Assembly: GCF_006345805.1 (NCBI RefSeq)
Contig: NW_021830460.1
Span: 15,321 to 79,320, forward strand
Reading direction: 5' to 3'
DNA length: 64,000 bases
Source: Octopus sinensis
Lineage: Eukaryota
Below are positions 38,740 through 50,579 of the stretch, in pieces; the first letter of the stretch is position 1, and each line of letters begins with the position of its first letter. Both the position numbers and the translations under genes were made by a program. Under the pieces are notes generated by a model, which worked only from the letters and a program-made list of their open reading frames with translations, did no database searches and was not told where the DNA came from.

Positions 38740-41700
38740 AAATCCTTAAATCCTTAAAAATGTTTTAGCCCGAAGGCCGCGGTCATGCTGGGGCACCACC
38801 GCTGAATGAGCTACACTAATATGTGAATCCACCTCTCATACGTGGCACTTGATCAACAAGGGAGTTCGATGCTGCTGCCCGCATCTGCGTCTCCAGTCGT
38901 GAGGTAGGTTCATCTGGGACTCCCGACAAGAAGAGATCCAGTTTAGTTTTAAAGAAACCCACATCCACACCATGTAAGTCTCTCAGGCATTTAGGGAGGA
39001 TGTTAAAGAGATGTGGTCCTCTGAAACCCAAGCTGTTGCAGTATCTGGACCTGTATTTTGATGGTGATGTTGGAATCCTTGGCACCACGCAGCGGCGCCC
39101 CGTTCTGCGGTTGGGGTAACTTCGAATGCCAAAGTTTGGAACAAGACCCTCCAGGATTTTCTAGATGTATATCACCGCATATCTCTCCCGCCTTCGCTCT
39201 AGGGAGAAGAGGTTTAATATTTTCAGTCTTACCCAGTAGCTGATATTTTGCATTGAGACAATTTTCTTTGTGTAGCTTCTTTGAATTGCTTCGAGTTCTG
39301 CTGTTAGTTTTATATTGTGTGGTGACCATAGTTGGGAGCAGTAGTCCAAGCGGCTGAGGACGAATGTTTTCCAGAGGACCATCAGTGTCTCCTCTCTTGT
39401 TCTGAAAGTTCGGAGAATCCATCCAGCTAGCCGTCTGCATTTTATCACCAGATTAGTAATATGCACTTGGAAAGATGCATCATTGCTCAAGTCAATGCCC
39501 AGGTCACGCACTGAAGGATTGCAATTCTTCCTGGGCCAGTGTATCCAGTCTGCATGTCGTTTACCTTTGTGTGCCGGTAGCGCAGGGCCTGGAACTTACC
39601 TGCATGAAACTGCATGTTGTTGTCCTCAGCCCACCTGTATATTGTATCCAACTCCTGTTGCAGATGCGCAATATTTTCAGGGTTTTGTATTGTGTGGGAG
39701 ACTTTTGTATCATCTGCATAGCTAGCAAAGGTGGCCATCGTAGCAACTGAGGGCATGTCTGAAAGGGCCACTATGAACATCAGTGGCCCCAAGACAGTGC
39801 TCTGTGGAACACCGCTTGTTATTTGTGTTTCCTTGGAGGTGGCTCCATTGGTCACAACTGCCTGTCTTCTATCTTTTAGGAAGTTGTGCAGCCACTCTCC
39901 AAGTTTTCCGCCTATGCCGAACCCACGCAGTTTGTGACAAATCATACCGTGGTCGACTTTATCAAAGGCTTTTGCAAAGTCGAGATATATTATATCCACA
40001 TTTGAGCCATTTAGTAGCTGTTTTAACACCCAGTCATAGTGTTGCAGGAGCTGTGTTAGGCAGCTTCTACCTGGTCGAAATCCATGCCGGGTGTCAGTCA
40101 GCAAGTCCTTTTCTTCAAGGAACATGATTAGTTTCTTGCGGACTATTCGTTCCATGACTTTGCTGATGTATGAGGTCAGAGAGATAGGCTTATAATTTTT
40201 AGCATGTGCTCTGCTACCTCACTTATGGAAAGGGCATATTACGCCCTCTTTCAATTTGACTGGGAGCTGACCACTTTCAAGAAAGCTCTGAAAAAGAAGC
40301 TGTAGCGATTTTGCAAGGGCACGTTTGCACGATTTGAGAAGGATCGCTGGGAATCCATCAGGTCAAGCAGCTGAGTTTGTGTCAATCTCATCTATGGCTA
40401 GTGTGATATCATCATCTTCAATGTTGATGTACTCAATTTTTGCCTCTTTGGCCGCAGGTAAAGTGGCAAAGAATTCTTCTGGGTTGTTTACTTGCCTGTG
40501 TCCTAGAGGTGTAGTGAACACACTTTGGAACTGTTCGTTCAGTATTTCACTTATCCTCGTGGGATTTCCTGTGAGAGAGCCATCTTTTTGGAAGAGTGGT
40601 CCTATTCTCTGGTGCACTGTGGCTGTCTCTTTGGCAAACTTAAAGAAAGCTTTAGGGTTTGACTTTATATTTTCTATTACCCAAGCTTCTTTATCTGCTC
40701 TCTCCTTTTCATGGGGCTGATGCAAACTTTTCTCAATTTCCATTAGCATTCTCTCGAGCCGAGACTTCTCACCACTTTTGGTGTGCTTGCTCAGGCGGTT
40801 CGCAATCCTTGTCCGTCGTCTCATAAGATACTTCCTTTCTCTAGGGATCCTGTTTTTGTTTTTGTGTGTGCTGGCCCTGGACACTGGGACATATTTGTCA
40901 CATATGGCTTGTATTATGAACATGAAATGTTTGTGTTTCATGTTAATGTCCGGTGTGGAGAGACATTTAGGCCAATCCTGTTTGAGGATCTCTTTCTCAA
41001 TCAACTTCCAGTTTGCTTTATGAAAGTTTAAGTTGGAGAGATGGTGGATGCTTCGTATAGGCTGTGTGTCTACGGGGACTCTATTATGTTGTGATCCGAG
41101 ATCATTGTCGGCATCACTTTAACATTATGGATAATATCCATATTGTTTGTGAAGCAGAGATCCAGTATATTATCTGCCCTTGTTGGTTGCAGAACTATTT
41201 GCTCCATGAAAGAGGCATTTGTGAGATGGAGCGGGGACTCTGCCTGTGCCTGCTGATGGTGTGTCATCCCTGAGAGCATCTGCACCCCCAGGCCATTCCA
41301 CATTGGGGAAGTTAAAGTCACCCATGAAGAATACACTGTTGTGTTGTTCAAGGTTGATGAGAACTTCTCCTATTTTTGTTAGGCAGTCTTCAAACATGCC
41401 TGAGTGATTTGGGGCATCCGGTAGGCGATATGTAGTACATATGACGATATCCAGTTGTCTTATGTGTACAATTTGAGTGTCACACACTGAGTTTGAATAT
41501 GACAACAGGACCTGGGACGTGAGGTCATCTCGGATGTACATTGCAACTCTACCATGGCTCCTCCCTTTGCTATCTGAGTGTATGACTGCATATTGCGGTA
41601 TGTGTATTTCTGCATCCCCTATATCAGGTCCAAGATGCGTTTCTGTGAGTGCCATACATATAGCTTGATTGCATGTCACAAGGTCTCTCAGGAATGAGAT

Positions 41701-41900
41701 TTTCCTTTTACAGTTGCCACGCAGCAGCCCTCCTACGTTCAGTAGAAATATTTTTGTGGTGTGTGTGTGTGTTGGTGTCTGTGGTGGCCATCCTGCATCT
41801 GTTGGTGGTGGCCTTATGTGGTGGTAGTTCAAGCTTTGTGCTTGTAGCCAGGTCAGCTGCTGAATAATTTTTGTGCCATGCACAAAAAACAGCTGCTGCA
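38740..41900 (-). mobile_element. CR1-like LINE ORF2 (AP endonuclease + RT) and 3' end, frameshifted
   Basis: LLNVGGL..ALTETHL..MGDFNFP (41170-41901); RHGFRPGRSCLTQL, YLDFAKAFDKVDH, SGVPQSTVLGP, YADDTK (39487-40155); SRLDYCSQLWSPH, SLERRRER; tail of (AAGGATTT) repeats at ~38740-38757. Confidence 0.93.
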
Positions 41901-42201
41901 CAGATAGTCAGGATTGAGGGAAGGAAAAACACTGTCACGCACGAATTTATATACAAACAGACGCGTTAAAAATAAAAATAGCGTATATTTTTATATCTTT
42001 TATATCTATAAACGCGATGATATCTATGAATTATTAGGCGATCTTAGAACCGTAAGATCGTCGATTATTAATAATAATAAATAATGTTTTTTTGTTTTTT
42101 TTTATCTTCTGGTTGAGAGAACACTAATAATACATCTGGGTGAAGCTGGCCACTTGTTGGGTTACCGCGCCCTACATCCGCATATCGTCTTTCAGGAGTG
42201 G

Positions 42202-42861
42202 TCAGTGCGCTATTTTTCCTTCTTTTATATTTTTCTTTATCTTTTGTTCTCCCCGAGGGAGGGATCTTTGTCTTGTGTCCATGCGGTTTTGGTAGGGCTT
42301 CTGATGTGCAAAGCGACAGTTTGCACCCTCGACGCCATGCCAGCAGTCTCCCTTCAGGTAGAATTTGCAGATGTTTCTGCCTTTGCCCTTATAGTTCTTG
42401 CTGGGGTTCTTCTGTTTTTTCTGAACAGTGTTTGTTTTAGTTTTAGTTTTCTTGTCTTTTACCTCTTGTTTCCCATCAATTTTAGGGTGCTTTTCTTTTT
42501 TTGCGGCCATCGCACCTCTTTGTTCTTCAGTTTTGTTGGGAGCTGGACATGTGCCATTGTTTCCCTTTGTTCTAGGTTTCTCGGTTGTGTCTTTTGTTGG
42601 GTCCTGGATGTTTTCTCCATCCTTTTGGTCTTCCCTGGTGCAGTCACATCCTAGTATGATGCCCAGAGTGTCCATGTGTTGCTTGATTAGAGCGTATGAA
42701 TGGAGAAATTCTCATTTCTTTCGCTCTATCTGGGCGGTGGTCCTTGAAAAATCATTGCTCTTTAGCGCCGCTGCAATGATATTGTTTGGCGAGTCGCCCT
42801 CGGCAATCTTCCAGGCGCGGACGAACAATTGCAGCTCCCTCGCAGACCAGTTCCTTGACAT
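42202..42861 (-). pseudogene. Putative LINE ORF1 with Myb/SANT-like N-terminus and CCCH zinc finger; one in-frame stop
   Basis: MSRNWSARELQLFVRAW..IIAAALKSNDFSRTTAQIERKK*EFLHSY is in frame with ORF 42202-42675, which contains CKFYLKGDCWHGVEGANCRFAH (C-x7-C-x8-C-x3-H). Confidence 0.65.
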
Positions 42862-43960
42862 TTTTGCCCGAGAAACAGTGAGAGTGAAATATAGGAACAG
42901 AGAGAGAAGGAAAGATAAGATGGTTGACCTGAGAGGGAGAGGAGAAAGGAAAAAAGCTGGTGGCAGATCAACCAGGGCGGAGGATAGAGAGAGAGACGAG
43001 GGGATGGTCCTGAGAGAAGAGAGAAAGAATGGCAGGTCAGCAGGGGAGAGTGAGCAGGATAGAGGTGTGGTAGAGAGAAAGAAAGGGACAGGGAAGAAAA
43101 GAGAGACAAGGAGATGGAACTTAGGGGGAGCTGGGAGAAGAAAGGCGGAGAGAAAAAATGGAGAGGGAGAGAGAGGGCGGGATAGAGGTACCAGAGAGTG
43201 AAGTAAAGGGACAGAGAGGGTGGTGTGGAGAAAGGAGACCGAGAGAGGAAAAAAGAGACAAGGGGTGAACCTTAGAGGGAGCAGGGAGAGGAAAGGTAGG
43301 AAGAAAAAGGGGAGAGGGAAAGAGGGGGCGCGATAGAAGTGCAAGAGAGTGTAGTAAAGGGACAGGGAGGGTGGTGTAGAGAAAGAAATAAGGGGACAGA
43401 AGGAGAAGAGAGAAAGGGGTTTGACCTGTGAAGGAGCGGAGAGAAGAGAGGGAGAGAGAGTAACACAGAGAGAAGGAGAGAGAGAAAAAGAGAGAGGGCG
43501 GGATAGAGATACAAGAGAGAATGAGTGAAGTAGAGGAACAGAGAGGGGGGTGAGATTTGAGAAAGTTGATCTGAGAGAGAGCAGGAGGGAGAGATACAGA
43601 AAGAGAAACGATGGCAGAGAGCGGGAGAGAGAGCGGAAATAGAGGGTCTGATGGATGGAGAGACAGATAAGGGGGAGAGTTGTAAGAAAGAGATAAATAG
43701 AGTAAGGCAGGTTACACAGATAGTCAGGATTGAGAGGAGACACACTGTCACGGAGAGAGATAAGGGGGAGAATTGTAGGAAAGAGATAGAGAGAGTAAGG
43801 CAGGTTACAAAGATAGTCAGGACTGAGAGAAGGAAACACACTGTCACGGAGACAGATAAGGGGGAGAATTGTAAGAAAGAGATAGAGAGAGTAAGGCAGG
43901 TTACACAGATAGTCAGGATTGAGGGAAGGAAAAACACTGTCACGGACGAATTTATATACA
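42862..43960. repeat. GA-rich (plus strand) tandem repeats, incl. ~90-bp unit x3; probable LINE 5' UTR
   Basis: GTAAGGCAGGTTACA(C/A)AGATAGTCAGGA(T/C)TGAG..CACTGTCACGGA recurs at ~43701, 43795, 43891. Confidence 0.75.
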
Positions 43961-44789
43961 AACAGACGCGTTAAAAATAAAAATAGCGTATATTTTTATA
44001 TCTTTTATATCTATAATCGCGATTATATCTATGAATTATTAGGCGATCTTAGAACCGTAAGATCGTCGATTATTAATAATAATAAATCATGTTTTTTTAA
44101 ATTTTTTTTATCTTCTGGTTGAGAGAACACTAATAATAAATAATATTTTTTTCTTACCTTCACTCTGTTTTAGAAGAAAGAAAGATATAAAAAGACAGAC
44201 CTTCAATATTCCCGTATTCTTTACTTGTATTTTGTAAACAAAAGAAAAGAATAGAGTTCCGATGTTCGTAGATGCGATATGTTCTTTTTATGTTTCGATC
44301 CATTTGCGAGATCAATATTTAAGCAATTTGATATCAGGCAGCAGATTTTCAGAGGTTTTCAAAACACGCGGATACACCACACCAAAAGCGAAAATATTCT
44401 TCTCAAAAATACAGCATCTTGTCGTTGCTTCACAGACAAAATTCACTTCGACTTCAGGAAGCAACACACGTGGTTTCAACACATGTGCTCGGCTGTTTGC
44501 GAGGTATGTTCTAGTCGCATATACTATATCAAAAGCGAAAATATTCTTCTCAAATACAGTGTCTTGTCGTACTTTCACTTATATTTGCTTTACAGACAAA
44601 ATTCACTTCTGATAACATCGATCTCTTGAAGGTCTTTTTTAAACTTTAGGAGAGACACATTAACACTCGACTTGTTAGTTCGGCGCCATCTTTGTATATA
44701 AATAAAACATAAATAAAACATAAATATAAATAAAACATAAAAAGCAGACAGAGTTAGAAATCCTTGGAAAAATATATATCCCTCTATAC

Positions 44790-46075
44790 CAGTGGTTTTC
44801 CACCAGGATTCCGCGGAACCGTAGGGTTCCGCCAGTACAGTCCAGGGGTTCCGCAACAAGTTACATAAATGCTAAAATCGACAGTAATTTTTAGTTCTCC
44901 TGTGCAGATATGTGTGTACATGTTAGTCCTACGTGTACATCTACGAGTTGCTCGCCAGCGTAGATGACCCTGATCCTTGGTGTGTACATGTACGTGCACA
45001 TCTACGAGTTGCATGCCAGCTTAGATGATGGTTTAGTTTTCTTTTGTAAAATACGAGTGACTATATTTGGAAGAAACATTTTAACTGCGTAAGCCATTTA
45101 GGTGTTGTTGTTAATCCGCCTTTTAAAAGATCTTTAGCTTTTTAAAAAGGCTTTTTTGTAAAATGTTTTTCTTGTATGACGTCTATTAAAATTTGGTCAA
45201 ACGTTAAGATTAAAAAATTCGAAACAGAGTTGAATTACATATGTTGAAAAAAATAAGAAATAGGGAAACTGATACTAAATTATAAGATATGTAAATATGC
45301 GTAAATATTAATTCCTTACAAATTTCTAAATTAGAACAATGAACAAATAAACGACATTTTAAATTCAAATCCGAAAATCTATTTTAATTATTATATGCAT
45401 ATTGTTTAAATATAATCAAATACCTAGTACTAAAAAAAAAACATTAATAAAAAAGCTAAATTTTACATCATTAAACTCGCTACACTTTAAAGATCATTTT
45501 GTCCTGCCACTATTAGGTTTGCTTTTATATATATACAATTCTGCTTACAGCCTTACAAGTATGGATAGATTTCTGAAAAATACGTAAGTTAGATACAGAT
45601 ACTGTTTGTGGGGAGAAGCTGGCACCAGCCAAACTGAAACGACACTTAACGACTAAACATCCAGAGTTGTCAGGCAAAAATTAACAATATTTTAAAAGAG
45701 AATTGGCATTTGATAAAAGGCAAGTTTCTATGTTTGCCAAAAAGTTCAAATTGAGTGACAAAGGACAAGAAGCAAGTTATACTGTGGCGGAGACAGTTGC
45801 AAGAAAAATGAAATCTCATACCATCGCTGAAACTGTAATTTTACCTGCATGCCAGAAAATAGTTAGGATAATGTTTGGAGAGGATGCTATATCAGATCTA
45901 AATAAAATTCCACTTTCTGACAACACAATAAGTAGGCGCATTCAAGACATGTCAGAAGACATTGAGTGCAATATTAAGTCAAAAATACTGAAACATAAGT
46001 TCTTTCCACTTCAATTTGATGAGAGTTCCGACATCACTGCTAAAGCACAGCTCCTTGTAATTGTTCGTTTTATTT
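44790..46075 (+). mobile_element. hAT (Buster/Charlie/ZBED5-like) transposon: 5' end and truncated transposase
   Basis: Starts CAGTGGTTTTCC..GGGTTCCGC; PAKLKRHLTTKHP, HTIAETVILPAC, IPLSDNTISRRIQDMSEDI, LQFDESSDI (first catalytic D region), QLLVIVRFI. Confidence 0.85.
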
Positions 46076-46090
46076 CCCTGGGCATGGTTA

Positions 46091-46262
46091 CGTTTTATTT
46101 CCCTGGGCAAGGATACATTGAAACTCCGACGTCTGGCAGCTGACTTGGCAGACACCCATAAAATTATTAACCATCTTACAAACAATAACTCTGAGCACCT
46201 TTTCAAACTCCACCTGTCTAACACCCGTGGACATGTTTACAAAGTCAGAAAACAGCACAGCT
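46091..46262 (+). mobile_element. Short CR1-like ORF2 3' fragment joined to the hAT remnant
   Basis: SLGKDTLKLRRLAADLADTHKIIN..LFKL..NTRGHVYKV resembles the CR1 ORF2 C-terminus. Confidence 0.65.
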
Positions 46263-46428
46263 CAGCTCCCATGAATCTCGGTGTGTTCTACTATTTGAGC
46301 ATGTCCGAATCACACCTCTTCACTCTCCCACTCTCCCTTTCTCGCTATATGTATATCACTACACGTGGACAGTTGGCGATTATTTTTCTTCCTTTTTTAC
46401 TTTTTCTTTGGACTTTTCTATGTTTCCT

Positions 46429-46463
46429 GTTTCCGAAGAAGAGCTATGCTCGAAACGTAACAC
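46429..46463 (+). ncRNA. Minimal hammerhead-like motif (Penelope type)
   Basis: gttt CCGAAGA A GAGC tat GCTC GAAAC GTA acac; helix I only partly paired. Confidence 0.5.
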
Positions 46464-46778
46464 AACCATTTTTTTTCCTTCTCTGAGAATTTTATTAATA
46501 CTTTGCATGTGCTAACGTCACGTTGAAGTTTTCCTCTTGGTTATTTTTCTCCGTTTTTGAAGTAACTAGAGAAATGTTTCTATCAGTGACTAGCATGCAT
46601 AAAATAGTCAATAGATAACATATTTTTCATATGAAATTAGTGTACATTTAAACACAAAAGAGGTGACCCAAAACAGGACAACTTACATGCTAAAAGGAAC
46701 AGTCAAAGCTCAAACCACGGTTAAGAGTAATTTCGAACGAGATGAAAAATAAAAACATTTTCAAATTATCACTACACA

Positions 46779-46970
46779 CGAGGGGGTGATGATAAGTTGC
46801 TGACTTTAAGGGTGTCGTGAAAGGCCTGGATGGAGGCCCTACCTTCCGAGTTCTTTTACAGTCCTTAGAAAAACTGTAAGACCGCTGCTATAAATGTGTG
46901 AATCTGAATAAAATAATTTGCTGGGCCTCCTGTATTCAATTGTACCCAAAGCCTCACCTTTCAGCCTCAC

Positions 46971-46975
<5 letters not shown>
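46779..46975. mobile_element. Degraded mariner-type MITE
   Basis: Starts CGAGGGGGTGATGATAAGTT; internal similarity to 47499-47704. Confidence 0.55.
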
Positions 46976-47005
<30 letters not shown>

Positions 47006-47032
47006 CAATATATATATATATATATATATACA

Positions 47033-47092
<60 letters not shown>

Positions 47093-47148
47093 CATATTCA
47101 TATATATATATATATATAATATATATATATATATTCATATTCATATAT

Positions 47149-47197
<49 letters not shown>

Positions 47198-47205
47198 ATA
47201 TATAT

Positions 47206-47261
<56 letters not shown>

Positions 47262-47317
47262 TATAAATATATATAATGTATATATATATATATGAATATG
47301 AATATATATATATATAT

Positions 47318-47348
<31 letters not shown>

Positions 47349-47375
47349 GAGAGAGAGAGAGAGAAACAGAAAGAA

Positions 47376-47494
<119 letters not shown>

Positions 47495-47498
47495 TATA

Positions 47499-47704
47499 CG
47501 AGAGAGTGCTGAAAAGTTCTTGGTTGTAAGGATATTGCAAAAGGCTTGGTTGGAGGCCAAACCTTCCGAGTTCTCTTACAGGGCTTAGAAAAACTGCAGT
47601 AAATGTGTGAATCTGAGATGGGAATATGTTGAATAAAATCTTAATTATCTGATCTTCCTGTATTTTCTTTTACCCAGAGCCAGGAAATTTTCAGCACCCT
47701 GCTT
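47499..47704. mobile_element. Mariner-type MITE (~205 bp)
   Basis: TA|CGAGAGAGTGCTGAAAAGTTCTTGG ... CCAGGAAATTTTCAGCACCCT inverted termini. Confidence 0.65.
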
Positions 47705-47859
47705 GTGTATCAATGGAGTGTTTCTCTTGTAAGTTCACCAAACATTTGAAGACTCTACCTAATCTGCGAGTGACAGCGTTTCGAGCAGGGGTTTCTTTAT
47801 TTATTATAAGACGATTGGCAGAATCACTGGAGGATCGGTGAAAATACATTTTAATGTGT

Positions 47860-49290
47860 TCCGGTGGTTTATACTGCGAGTTCAAATCTAGCCCAAGACA
47901 GATGAAAATCCATTCAGGGCGGGGGGCGCAATAAAATAAAGTACCAGTAAACTACTGCAGTCGGTGTAATTGACTTCCACTCGTCCCCCGCTAAAACTGC
48001 TGGCTTCGTACTAAAAATTCAAACAATTATAAGGTGGAGTATTGGTAGATTCGCTAAAACATCAGAGAAAACAATGTCGTTCCAACTTCTTACGATCAGA
48101 GTTTAAACACCAGCGGGTCGATAAAATAAAGCACTGATGAAATATTGGAGACAATAGTATCGGCTAACTTGGTTTCTCGAGTATCAGGCCTTGTGTCTAT
48201 ATTGATTTAAAGTTTTGGTACAAGGCCCGCAATTTCGGGGAATGAAATACATTGACCCAGTATTCAGTTGGAACTTACGTGAAAGGCAATGTCGATCTTG
48301 GCGGAATTTCAACCAAGAATATAAAGACAGATGAAATCCCGCTAAGCATTTTGTCGGACGTGCCGAAAATCCTACTAGTTAACGATAATAATGGTTTCAA
48401 ATTTTTGCGGAAGGCCAGAGCTTCAGTAGAAGAGTAAGTCAATTACATCGACCCCAGTGCGTAACTGGTAATTATTTTATCGACTCCGAAAAGATGAAAG
48501 TCAAAGTCGACGTCAGCTGAATTTGAACCCGGAACGTAAAGACAGACGAAATGCCGCCAAGCGTTTTTCCTCCTAAGCATTCTGTCAGCTCGTCACCATA
48601 AGGCTTTATGTCTATATTAGAAGCAGATCTAATATTGCACTGCGAGGCGTGTTCATATTTATATGATAATTTCACTTTTCTAGACCGAAATCGAAGTAAA
48701 ATTAAGGCGGCGAGCACGCCGGACGAAATGCTTAGCGGTATTTCGCCTGCGTTACGTCGTGAGTTCAAATTCCGCCGAGGTCGACTTTGCCTTTCATCCT
48801 TTCGGGGTCGATAAATTAAGTACCAGTTACGCACTGGGGTCGATGTAATCGACTTAATACCTATGTCTGTCCTTGTTTGTCCCCTCTGTGCTTAGCCCCT
48901 TGTGGGTAATAAAGAAATAGGTATTTCGCCTGCCGTTACGTTCTGAATTCAAATTCCACCGAGGTCGACTTTGCCTTTCATCCTTTTGGGATCGATTAAA
49001 TAAGTACCAGTTACGCACTGGGGTCGATATACTCGACTTATTCTGTTTGGCTGTCCTTGCTCGTCCCCTCTGTGTGTAGCCCCTTGTGGGCAATAATGAA
49101 ACAAGACACGTTAGAACGCCGGCCGAAATGCTTAGCGGTATTTCGTCTGTCTTTAGGTTCCGACTTCAAATTCCGCTGAGGTCGACTCTGCCTTTCATTC
49201 TTTCGGGGTCGATAAATTAAAGTACTAGTTGCGTACTGGGGTTAATTTAATCGACTGGCCTCCTCTCCAAAACTTTTCGGCCTTGTGTCT
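47860..49290. mobile_element. Cluster of ~7 SINE fragments in both orientations
   Basis: Repeated TTCAAATTCCGCCGAGGTCGACTTTGCCTTTCATCC..TCGATAAATTAAGTACCAG blocks (48740-48855, 48945-49030, 49165-49245 plus; 48440-48560 minus). Confidence 0.75.
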
Positions 49291-49380
49291 AGAGTAGAAA
49301 AGGATATCGAAGTAACATTTTATGTAGGGCGTGTCTGCTCTTTCAATTTTCCATTTCGTTGTTATCTGTGTTGTTATTAG

Positions 49381-50028
49381 TACAGACGCGTTTCAGGGTA
49401 TTTGCCCTTTGTCAATGTAGCGTAGTCGACCCAGCAGGTGTCGCCACTGATCGTCTCTGTTCGAAGGTTTTATTTACCTAGTTTCGGTGGAATACATCCA
49501 CTTGTTTTCAATAATAGAAATATTAAAATTACTACGTCTCTCTAAAAAAGATTACGGCAGCGTTACTGGAAATTAATTGTTATCGCCATATTAATATGGC
49601 AGTCTTATAGATATAAGACTAAAAGCTGTCGCTGATTAGCTCCATGAGGCCATCGCCTTAAGATAGCTATTTTACACACAAACTGTGTCCATTATAACTA
49701 GGTAAATAAAACCTTCGAACAGAGACGATCAGTGGCGACACCTGCTGGGTCGACTACGCTACATTAACAAAGGGCAAATACCCTGAAACGCGTCTGTAGC
49801 TGTCTGACTAGCAGTGTGAAGCGGCTGGCCTCCCTTGTTCGAAGGTTATAATGGACACAGTTTGTGTGTCAAATAGCTATCTTAAGGCGATGGCCTCATG
49901 GAGCTAATCAGCAACAGCTTTTAGTCTTATATCTATAAGACTGCCATATTAATATGGCGATAACAATTAATTTCCAGTAACGCTGCCGTAATCTCTTTTA
50001 GAGAGACTTAATAATTTTAATATTTCTA

Positions 50029-50033
<5 letters not shown>
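49381..50033. repeat. Interleaved inverted repeats A-B-A'-B' carrying hammerhead-like motifs; probable Penelope-like terminal structure
   Basis: A 49381-49483 vs A' 49696-49798 (103 bp); B 49510-49698 vs B' 49845-50033 (189 bp); both nearly perfect reverse complements. Confidence 0.85.
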
Positions 50034-50070
<37 letters not shown>

Positions 50071-50341
50071 TATATATATATTGTTTAAAAAAATGCTCCG
50101 TTCCATGCTGTTTTTACATTTTCGTTTCTCGTTGAGTTCTACGTCTATTTGTGGTCTCCTGTACACACGTATATATATTTATATATGCATGTATATATAC
50201 ATTAGATGTAGGTACGTACATATATGTTTGTATGTATGCATATATTTTATTTATTACACTATTGTATGACTGAGCGCCTTCGCGTCGATTCGATTCGATT
50301 CGTTTCGTTTCGTTTCGTTTCTTCTTCTCTAAGCTGGTTTA

Positions 50342-50398
<57 letters not shown>

Positions 50399-50466
50399 TA
50401 TATATTATATATATATATTATATATTATTATATATATATTATATATATTTATATATTTATATATAT

Positions 50467-50499
<33 letters not shown>

Positions 50500-50547
50500 A
50501 TATATACATGTATGTATATATATATATATATATATACATTATATATG

Positions 50548-50579
<32 letters not shown>

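Noticed and set aside
42712-43961. 375-aa and 229-aa Leu/Ser/Pro/Phe-rich ORFs as membrane proteins
   Set aside because: They are products of CT-rich tandem repeats lacking stops; only the last ~50 codons (Myb-like) look like real coding sequence.
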